From IMG/VR virus record IMGVR_UViG_3300028797_000005, positions 32,001 through 96,000 of that record: DNA of 64,000 nucleotides. One strand, written 5' to 3'. Every line of letters starts with the position of its first letter. The stretch's first letter is position 1. This DNA is from a virus. Taxonomy: Duplodnaviria; Caudoviricetes. Below the pieces are notes generated by a model that did no database searches, was not told where the DNA came from, and saw only the letters and a program-made list of their open reading frames with translations. Of this stretch, positions 55,894-64,000 are shown piece after piece. A program made the translations under genes and the position numbers.

Positions 55894-57849
55894 CTAGAGA
55901 TAATTAATATCCCATACAACTCGTTGAGCTGCCCAAGAATAATCCGTTTCTGGAGTATTCGCTTCAAAATGTTTACTTGTCCATATAAAAGGTCCTACAC
56001 AGGCTGCCGCAGCACTATTAAATGCAATTAAATATCTTCCTGGTTTAACTTTTCTACCTTTCCATTCTTCCAATTCATATGGAGGAATTTCAAAAAAATC
56101 TCCTGCGATTATAGCATTGTTACGAATATCATTTGTAGGAACAAAAGTTGTATTATAATATTTATATGGGTTGGGGATACCGCTTGATGATCTTGCCGGA
56201 CCCCATCCTTGGTCTGGATTTGTATCAAAAGTAGATATCCTATAAAGAAGTCTTAATTCGCAATCAATTACATAATTATAATTAGTAGGCTTGCCATCAA
56301 TTGTAATCGTAGTTCCACTAGTAGTCGCATTATCTCTTTCTGAAGATTTGGGTGTTAATTTTGTTAAGTCTAAACTGATTCTACCAATAACATCATCTTC
56401 AGTAAGCTTCGCAGTAGAAAAATCTACCTCGTCATAGTATGGATAAAGAGTAATCGTTGCATATCTCCAATCGCTATAATTACCCAAACCTTTATTAATT
56501 AATGTATAAGTTCCATTATCATTTTTAACAATACTTGCTAAATTATAATTACAACGACTTCTTGTAATCATACTTCTCTTATCTAATACACTAATAATAA
56601 TCTTAGGACTAGTTTTATAATTTCCAGGATTATATACATGACACCATTTTCCAGTAATACCTCTAACTGGCCCAATTTTTCCTGCCCAATTATCAGTAAC
56701 TGTAACACTTCCACCCAATCCTCCACGAGAAGTAGAAATATCAGAATAAGCAATTGATGTTTGGACATAAGCATTAGGATTATTAGGATTTCTTGTTAAT
56801 TTTCTTCTATAATCTACATCTTTAATATTTTGATTAGCATAAGCCCAACCAGTATCTGTCGTACCACCCTGTTTCTTTTCTGTTTTATAGCGATTAGCAT
56901 TTGGAGCGTCTAATAAAATTTTATAACTATCTTTAGAATAATCAGAAAGACCGCCAAAAATTGTTTCAGACAAATATCCATAACGACGATATAAATAATC
57001 ACTAACTAAAATATCATCTTGATTAAAAGGTGGCGTACCAGTCCAACTAAAATTTTTACCATAAGATGCCTTGTAAATCTTTAATCCGTTCGCCGTACCT
57101 GTCTGATCTGCACTTAATTTTTGACCATTTGAGATACTTTCCCAACCGCTTGCTTTTAAATCTAAATCTTTTTGAGCTTTTAATCTTGATGTTCCCTTCC
57201 ATTCATCAAAATTATTCCAACCAGTAGGGACCTCTATAGTTGGATTATTTCCAAGAATCCTTGAATCCAATGTTTTTATTGCCTGTAATTGTAATTCACT
57301 TTGATCCTTAGTATTATTCCTATCTGTTTTATAATATTTATTATTAATATAATCCCAATTATATGCTTCTAAAAATGGAAATGGGGCTTTTGCAATAATA
57401 GAATAACTAATAAAATTAACTATTCCTTCACCTTTATAAATACGAGTATTCATTCCACCTAATATCTCATCAAAACAAATAAATTTAATATTAGGAGCAT
57501 TATTTATTTTAACAGTCCAAGATTTATAAGGCTCTTCATCAAAGATTAACTGAGCAGGTTCTTTAGTATTTAACCAATATTGCATAGCTCTAAAATCATT
57601 TTCTCGTAAATCATCAAAAGCAAAATTTATACTAAAAGTTCTATTCCCATAAGTTGAATTATAATAATAAGATCCATCTACTCCAGTCACCTGAGCAGTA
57701 ACATCTTTAGGGGAAGGAAGTATTTCCTTCCCCATTCTATTTCCATTAGAAACTTGTATAATGTTAAACTCAGATGAATGACGACCATTAAAGGTAAACC
57801 CTATAAAATCACCTCGTCCGTTTAGTCCGGCGCGGTTTATCATCGCCAT
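55894..57849 (-). CDS. Distal tail protein (evolved Dit with insertions)
   Basis: GFTFNGRHSSEF.I, G.DG.YY, R.F.I.F, LIFDE.PYK, YNPG; follows the tape measure gene. Confidence 0.8.
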   Translation of the reverse strand: MAMINRAGLNGRGDFIGFTFNGRHSSEFNIIQVSNGNRMGKEILPSPKDVTAQVTGVDGSYYYNSTYGNRTFSINFAFDDLRENDFRAMQYWLNTKEPAQLIFDEEPYKSWTVKINNAPNIKFICFDEILGGMNTRIYKGEGIVNFISYSIIAKAPFPFLEAYNWDYINNKYYKTDRNNTKDQSELQLQAIKTLDSRILGNNPTIEVPTGWNNFDEWKGTSRLKAQKDLDLKASGWESISNGQKLSADQTGTANGLKIYKASYGKNFSWTGTPPFNQDDILVSDYLYRRYGYLSETIFGGLSDYSKDSYKILLDAPNANRYKTEKKQGGTTDTGWAYANQNIKDVDYRRKLTRNPNNPNAYVQTSIAYSDISTSRGGLGGSVTVTDNWAGKIGPVRGITGKWCHVYNPGNYKTSPKIIISVLDKRSMITRSRCNYNLASIVKNDNGTYTLINKGLGNYSDWRYATITLYPYYDEVDFSTAKLTEDDVIGRISLDLTKLTPKSSERDNATTSGTTITIDGKPTNYNYVIDCELRLLYRISTFDTNPDQGWGPARSSSGIPNPYKYYNTTFVPTNDIRNNAIIAGDFFEIPPYELEEWKGRKVKPGRYLIAFNSAAAACVGPFIWTSKHFEANTPETDYSWAAQRVVWDINYL

Positions 57850-57852
57850 TCC

Positions 57853-60800
57853 TTACCTCCTACCAAAATCTAATGATTGAACATTTCTATAACCGGCATT
57901 TTCATAAATTTTTCTTTGCATTTCATCCCACATACTGTCTACATCATAATCAGATGCAATTTCATTACTCATAGAAATGTTATAATACGTATCTCCTATT
58001 AAAGTAGAATTATCAGTAGTTCCTATATCTCTTGTAAAATCAAGTAAATCAAAGAATTTCTCAGTTTGTTCAGCATTAAGAACATACTCTGGTTTTGATT
58101 TAGTACCGTCAAGCCAAGCTGGACCAGTAAAATCAGCAAGACCGCCAGTGGCAAATGCAGAATATCCATAGCGCTCTGACATCCATTTTACATCTCCTGC
58201 ATAATGCGTCGGTAAAGACCCCGCTTTTTTATTATATATACTCTCTATAATCTGTAAAACTCTTAAAGCACCGCCATCTCCTAATTTTTCTGATAATTTT
58301 TTAGTTAAAGCTGGAATATCCCCTCTATTACCCCAGCCTGCCTGGCTAGGATACTGAGCAATAAATTCTGCAATCCCGCGATAAGTATCTTCCGCTTCTA
58401 CACTAACACCAGACGGTCTATTGAGATCTGGATACATCGCGGCAGTTTTTTGCCCAGTTTTTAATCTTAATTCAGCTCCTTTTCCTGAGGCGAAAGTATC
58501 TTTATATGGATCAGTGTTGGATAACTTTGTAGTTCTATTTAAAGCATCTATCGCTTCTGGTACAGTTGTTGCTCCTGCAAGTGCTGCTTCCTTAGTAGAT
58601 TGACGTGCTTTATCTTGATCTATAGCATCTTGTTTTCTTGCAGCTGTCTTCCTTGCTTCTTCTCGTGCCTCTTCTTGCTTTTGCGCTTTTTTAGCTGCTT
58701 CTTGTTTTTCTGCTTCTTCTTTTGCCACTCTTGAAGTATAAGTTAATCCATTCCTATTAGCATATGTATACGCTTGCTCAAATGAATTTTTCAATGTTTC
58801 TGTCCATTGTTCTTTTGTTGCAAATCCCATAGATTTAATACCATCAACTTTTCCAAAAAGTTGAAGTAAAAGTGAAGAGTCTCCTCTATTAAAACAAGCA
58901 TCTAATAATTCTTGCGCTTCTTTTGCTATTATACCATTTTTTAAGTCATATTTAAGCTGCTCTTCCATTAATTGGATTTGTAGCTCTCTTTGTTTCTGAG
59001 CTTCTTCTGCCTGTTTAGACATATTATCAATAGCCTTGTCTATTAAACTATCGGTATAATTTTGTCTAGCATCGTCTAAACTTTTTTGAGCATTTAATAT
59101 ATCTAATTGATTTGCTTGAGACGTATCTGTCATCATTAATGCAAGTTTACGTTCTTGCTGACCAATATCCTTAAGTGCATCATCTTGCTCTCTTTGATTT
59201 CTATATTCTTCAATACCAGCGTTTAAAGCATCAATAGTTGCTTGATTACCATTATTAATAGCATTATAAACCGATTGTAATTCATCAATTTCTTCTTGTC
59301 TTAATGTTTCTAATGCTTTAATAGTATCTTGTTCAAATTGAATATACTCATCTCTTCCAAGTTTCTGATTTTCAACAACAGCATCTTGAAGATCACCAAT
59401 CTGATCCTCGATACCTTCTAAATCTTTTTGAATATTTTCTAAATAAGATACATATCCTTCAAAAGCTTTTCCTATATCTTCAGTCCAATCTAACTGAGAG
59501 ATTGTATCATAATCAATTACAGTATATCCAAGATTTGGATCATATGAAGCATATTTAGTAAAATCATAAGTTTTTCCATTCTCTGCTTTATATTTAGAAT
59601 ATTGATCTTCTATTGCATTTAATTCTTCTAACCTTTTTACTTGCAATAATTGCTGATCTGCTAATTGTTTTTGAAGTAAGCGTTCTTCTTCTTTAGCCAT
59701 TTCTAGCATCTTTTTTGCATCATTTTTATTATTATTAATTAATCTATTACGCTCTTTTTGTAATTTATTAACATTTCTTTCTAATTTATTAATTTCTTGT
59801 AATAAATTATAAAGCCAGTCATAATTTTGAACCCATTTTTCAGCATCTTTTCCAGAGCCACCACCGCCTCCGCTGCTTCCAGAGCCGCCAGAACCAGTAT
59901 TTTTAGTTTTATCAGCTAATTTTTTATTAGCTTGTTTTCTAAGACCTTCAATAGTAGCAATTTGAGCGTTAATATCAGCCAAGGTAGCTTGAGCATCAGC
60001 TAAACGAGATGCTGCATCAGCTTTAAATTGATTCCTAAAAGCTTCGCTGTCTAATAATTGTTTTGCTATTTTTGCTGCACTTGTTGTACTTAAATCTACT
60101 TCGCCGCTAAGCATTTCTGGTCCGGTGACCGATGCTTTTCCTTTTTGGTGACGATTAGCGTAAGCCTTATCTACACTTTGATAATCAACTGAACTATCAG
60201 TAGGTAATGGTGTTAAGCTACTTGGATGTTCAACTAATCCTTCTTTCTCATCATAAGTAAAAGATTTTTTAGCAACTTTATTAACTGCTTGTGCCAATCT
60301 ATTTAAATATGCTACAGCATTAGAAGCTGCTTGATACCATGCAGTATTAGTTATTCCTGCAGCTTCACCATGAGCTTCAGCAACGGCGCCAGCTGATAAA
60401 TCACCTTCCTCTGCGATAGCATCTAAGTTATCTATAACATTAGTAGCCATACGTTGGCCATTCGTCATAGCCGTGTTTCCAGCGGCCGCAGATGCTTCGC
60501 CTATATTAGTCGCTGTATTTTCAGCCTGTTCAGTTACTCCTTCATTGGTTTCATTAGCATAATTAACAACAGCTTGAGCTAATAGATGTTCTAAATTATT
60601 AATTGCTTGTGTTTTATCTTCTTCTGTATTAACTTCTGCTTCAGCCGCTTTATCTGCTGCATCAACTAAAGCTTTATAGTAATTAACAGTAGCTTGGGCC
60701 GCAGCCTGCTGCATTTCTAATTCAGCAATTTTTGCATCTGCCATTGCATCAATTTGACCTTGACCAGCTTCTTGAGCTGCTTTAACCGAGTCTTCACTAA

Positions 60801-63800
60801 GTTGAATCATACCATCGTCAAGTACCTCAATACCTTCAGCTAATTCTGGAAAAACATCAACTAAATCTAAAAAGTCAGACGCAGTAACCTGCAAATTTTC
60901 ATTAATTACATCAAAAGCATCTGCAAAATGATTAATATCATTTGTTAATTCAGAGATATTCTGACGGCCTTCTGCTTTAATAGCAACTTTTACTTCAAAC
61001 TCAGCTTTATCCAAATCATCTTGTAACGCTTTATACTCTTTAGAAGGAACTTCTAATTTTAATTCACCTGGATTTTTCTTCAAATAGTCATCAATCGCAT
61101 CTTTTGCTTTTTGTACATTATCTTGCAATTGTGAAATATTCATTTTTGCAAGATAATTTTGAGCAATTTCTAACGCTTGAGTATATTCTTCTGTACCTAT
61201 TAACCATTCTTTATTAAGAATACTAACCTCGTCAGTAATGTCTCCATAAGTATCTGAGACCTGGTTTAAATAAATTAATAATTCTTTATAGGCATCTGCA
61301 TTATTATAATCTTCAAGACTAGTAAATTTCCCAGTCTGCAAATCCTCAATTGCTTGTACAGCAGTTTTATTATTTTCTCCAGCAAATTGCTTGATAGCTG
61401 AAACAATTTCTTGATAATCTATACCATTAATTGCATTAGCTAAATCTGTCATACTTATTCCGGCATCTTCTAATGCAGAAATACCTTCTGGACCTAATAA
61501 TTGTAATAAATCTTCATCTTGCAATTTAATAATAGCTTCTTCATTAAGCATTAAGCTAGAAAAATCTAATTTCCCGTTTGCTAATCCATTTATAATAGCC
61601 TCAGCCAAACCATCATATTGCTGCACATTCTTATTATTTAAAATAGATTCAATCGCATTAGTATAAATTCTTTCTAAACGTGAAAAATCAGCATTTTCTA
61701 TTGCGGCCAAGTATTCTTCAGACCCGACTTCTAAGTCCTTTACAGTAACTGCAAATAAACTAGAATTTGAAATTAAAGTATGTAATGCCCCTTCTATATT
61801 ATATTGAAGTCCTATATCTGTTTCACCTTCACTATTGGTTGCAATTCTTTGAGCTTCATTTTCTGTTTCTTTTTGAATTTTACTTCTTAATTTTTCAGAA
61901 ACATAATACTCTATCATATCAGCAGCATTTTTTTCACCATCTGCCAATTCTCGTAAAGCATCTAAGTGATCCTCTATATATTTTTTTTCAAAATCAGTTG
62001 CAGAATCTCCAAAAACGTCTGCTAATATTTTATTAACTAAGCTCTCATCAACTTCATAGTCTGCATCACTCATATGATTAACCATAGATTGAAGCATTTT
62101 ATCAATATTTTCTTGATTTATTTCATAAAAATTATATAATGCTTCAGTATCATAACCCATTATTGGGTCTAAATCATTTTTAACATATGAAGATGTTTGT
62201 GATTTTTGAATTAAATCAGTTTTTCTTGCTTGCTGTTGCTTCAAAATATTATCAATTTCACCATTATATTGATCTTGCAATGTTTGATAATAATTATCTT
62301 GCAACCTTTTTTGAGCATCTGCTAATGCGTTTTCATCAATTTGAATTATTCCATTTTCATCAATAGTATACGCACTTGCTAATCCAAGAGTATTAATTAA
62401 TTCTTTTGCTTGTTCATTCGTTTTTTCCAACGTATCAGCATATTCAGAAGTAGTTTTATCTAATTCTTTTAAAGATTCCACTCCAGTTGAATAATCTGAA
62501 GATAATTGCTTCATTTCTTCTAACTGAGTACTTGCTTCATCTGCTGCTTCTTGCAATTCTTTTAATTTTTCAGCAGATTTTTCAGCAGCTTTTGCATCAG
62601 CTTCAAGAGAATTTTTAATAAGAACAAAAGCAGCAACTGCAGCCCCCGCTAGTAACAAATATGGAAACGCTGCCTTAAGAGCAGTTCCAAGTGCATATGC
62701 GCTCGCTGCTGCTTTTCCTTGCGCGGCTGCTAAAGCTTCATTTCCAGCGGCCGCAGTAGCTTTTGCAGCTGCATCTTGTGCCTCAGCTGCTGTAACTCCT
62801 CTAAAACCAAGTATTAATTGTTTTAAGAGTTGTGGGAAAAACATTATATTTTTTTTGAGTACGCTAAACGAAGCTGCTAATTTTAATGTTCCAATACTTC
62901 CCACTGTAGCACTTTTAGATTCTGCCTCTATTGCTGCAGCTAATCCAACTACTGAACCGGTTGCTTTATCAGCCGCACCCTTAATTGCCATTAACGCTAG
63001 TCTAAATCCAATAGCGATAACACCAATTTCAATTAATGCACCGCTTAAATTTGCCAATATGTTTTCTGAATTAGCTAATGGTTCAATTAATTGATTAAAT
63101 CCATGTATTAAATTAGTAATTAAATCTACTAAATCTTTAACAACTCTATTATTAGCTAAATTAGTATAAAATATATCTAATTCATTACGTAATTTAGCTA
63201 TTTTACTTTCAAAACTTTCTAAAGTTTTATTAAATTGTTCTTGAGATTTCCCAGCGCTATTTGTTGCATAACCTGTTAATTCAAGTAAACGTTCATTATT
63301 ATCTAATAATGCGATGAAACGGGATTGTTGTCTTGAACCTGCAGCTGTTGTAGCAATATAACGTTGAGTCATTTTATCAAGTTTATCCCATTTACTAGAT
63401 AATTCTAAAATTACATCATCGAAATCTCTAAACTGTCCATTCGCATCTCTAAGAGCTACTCCGGCACTTTTTAATGCTGTTTCAATTTTATTGGCATCAA
63501 CAACTTCGCCTTCAACTTCACCAATTTCTTCTAATGGCTTCTTTAATTCTTGAAAACGAGCAATAATCGTTTTCATTGCTGTACCAGCGGTCTCTGGGGC
63601 TTCTTGAGTCGTTTCAATAATTTGTGCTAAAAACGCTGACATATTTTCAAAAGAAGCGCCTGAGTTATATGCAATAGATGCTGTTTTAGACATAGCTGTT
63701 GCTAATTGCTCTTGGTTTGAAGCAGATTTTGCAGCTAAGTTAGAATAAACATCATTAACGTGTTGCGCTTCTGTTAATTCCATATTATAACCACGGAGCG

Positions 63801-64000
63801 CCGCCGTCATTTTTTCTGTTGCATCAGCACCATCAAGACCTGCTATACGTCCCATTTTCATGGTTTCTACAGCGACTTGCATCGCATCATTTAAATTTAA
63901 GCCTTGCTGTACATATAAAGTTGTAGCATTTACTAAATCTAAGGTAGATACACCAAGTTGAGTTGCTTGCTGAGAAAAATCAGATCTCATGCCCCAAATA
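57853..64000 (-). CDS. Tail tape measure protein (TP901-like), 5' end outside the window
   Basis: More than 2045 aa, helical and Ala-rich; GTAMKTIIAR, AGSRQQSRFIAL core, C-terminal FATGG...PEYVLN. Frame is open to the window edge. Confidence 0.92.
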   Translation of the reverse strand, partial: IWGMRSDFSQQATQLGVSTLDLVNATTLYVQQGLNLNDAMQVAVETMKMGRIAGLDGADATEKMTAALRGYNMELTEAQHVNDVYSNLAAKSASNQEQLATAMSKTASIAYNSGASFENMSAFLAQIIETTQEAPETAGTAMKTIIARFQELKKPLEEIGEVEGEVVDANKIETALKSAGVALRDANGQFRDFDDVILELSSKWDKLDKMTQRYIATTAAGSRQQSRFIALLDNNERLLELTGYATNSAGKSQEQFNKTLESFESKIAKLRNELDIFYTNLANNRVVKDLVDLITNLIHGFNQLIEPLANSENILANLSGALIEIGVIAIGFRLALMAIKGAADKATGSVVGLAAAIEAESKSATVGSIGTLKLAASFSVLKKNIMFFPQLLKQLILGFRGVTAAEAQDAAAKATAAAGNEALAAAQGKAAASAYALGTALKAAFPYLLLAGAAVAAFVLIKNSLEADAKAAEKSAEKLKELQEAADEASTQLEEMKQLSSDYSTGVESLKELDKTTSEYADTLEKTNEQAKELINTLGLASAYTIDENGIIQIDENALADAQKRLQDNYYQTLQDQYNGEIDNILKQQQARKTDLIQKSQTSSYVKNDLDPIMGYDTEALYNFYEINQENIDKMLQSMVNHMSDADYEVDESLVNKILADVFGDSATDFEKKYIEDHLDALRELADGEKNAADMIEYYVSEKLRSKIQKETENEAQRIATNSEGETDIGLQYNIEGALHTLISNSSLFAVTVKDLEVGSEEYLAAIENADFSRLERIYTNAIESILNNKNVQQYDGLAEAIINGLANGKLDFSSLMLNEEAIIKLQDEDLLQLLGPEGISALEDAGISMTDLANAINGIDYQEIVSAIKQFAGENNKTAVQAIEDLQTGKFTSLEDYNNADAYKELLIYLNQVSDTYGDITDEVSILNKEWLIGTEEYTQALEIAQNYLAKMNISQLQDNVQKAKDAIDDYLKKNPGELKLEVPSKEYKALQDDLDKAEFEVKVAIKAEGRQNISELTNDINHFADAFDVINENLQVTASDFLDLVDVFPELAEGIEVLDDGMIQLSEDSVKAAQEAGQGQIDAMADAKIAELEMQQAAAQATVNYYKALVDAADKAAEAEVNTEEDKTQAINNLEHLLAQAVVNYANETNEGVTEQAENTATNIGEASAAAGNTAMTNGQRMATNVIDNLDAIAEEGDLSAGAVAEAHGEAAGITNTAWYQAASNAVAYLNRLAQAVNKVAKKSFTYDEKEGLVEHPSSLTPLPTDSSVDYQSVDKAYANRHQKGKASVTGPEMLSGEVDLSTTSAAKIAKQLLDSEAFRNQFKADAASRLADAQATLADINAQIATIEGLRKQANKKLADKTKNTGSGGSGSSGGGGGSGKDAEKWVQNYDWLYNLLQEINKLERNVNKLQKERNRLINNNKNDAKKMLEMAKEEERLLQKQLADQQLLQVKRLEELNAIEDQYSKYKAENGKTYDFTKYASYDPNLGYTVIDYDTISQLDWTEDIGKAFEGYVSYLENIQKDLEGIEDQIGDLQDAVVENQKLGRDEYIQFEQDTIKALETLRQEEIDELQSVYNAINNGNQATIDALNAGIEEYRNQREQDDALKDIGQQERKLALMMTDTSQANQLDILNAQKSLDDARQNYTDSLIDKAIDNMSKQAEEAQKQRELQIQLMEEQLKYDLKNGIIAKEAQELLDACFNRGDSSLLLQLFGKVDGIKSMGFATKEQWTETLKNSFEQAYTYANRNGLTYTSRVAKEEAEKQEAAKKAQKQEEAREEARKTAARKQDAIDQDKARQSTKEAALAGATTVPEAIDALNRTTKLSNTDPYKDTFASGKGAELRLKTGQKTAAMYPDLNRPSGVSVEAEDTYRGIAEFIAQYPSQAGWGNRGDIPALTKKLSEKLGDGGALRVLQIIESIYNKKAGSLPTHYAGDVKWMSERYGYSAFATGGLADFTGPAWLDGTKSKPEYVLNAEQTEKFFDLLDFTRDIGTTDNSTLIGDTYYNISMSNEIASDYDVDSMWDEMQRKIYENAGYRNVQSLDFGRR

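Noticed and set aside
1-64000. Stop-codon reassignment
   Set aside because: Conserved genes are intact in the standard code, and TAA, TAG and TGA all end genes at sensible junctions.

Overview
This window is a 64 kb internal segment of a large, AT-rich tailed dsDNA phage read in the standard genetic code. The likely host is an anaerobic Firmicute (sigmaA-type promoters, a CW_binding_2 endolysin, class II RNR). The long tape measure, Dit and Tal genes point to a siphovirus-type tail. Layout: (i) 1-11.4 kb, minus strand: tail-fibre/adaptor genes and three cell-wall enzymes. (ii) 11.4-14.65 kb: non-coding and regulatory hub with a ~550-nt ROOL-like large RNA behind three tandem promoters, a small operon including a KTSC protein, and a second unidentified ~280-nt structured RNA. 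(iii) 14.7-44.2 kb, plus strand: replication and nucleotide-metabolism arm (RNase H, dNMP kinase, ligase, intein-containing mini-UvrD, type IIA topoisomerase, SSB, Sak4-like ATPase, DnaB, primase, RecJ, DnaE, NrdJ, ThyX-like, dUTPase, RuvC) with an inverted holin cassette inside it. (iv) 44.2-64 kb, minus strand: tail module. The best candidate for an undescribed system is the ROOL-like RNA cassette, whose flanking hairpins expose anti-Shine-Dalgarno loops complementary to the RBSs of the downstream lysin genes. Also notable are the second orphan ncRNA beside rnhA and tail fibres built as antiparallel protein palindromes. All calls come from manual motif reading; no database searches were run.
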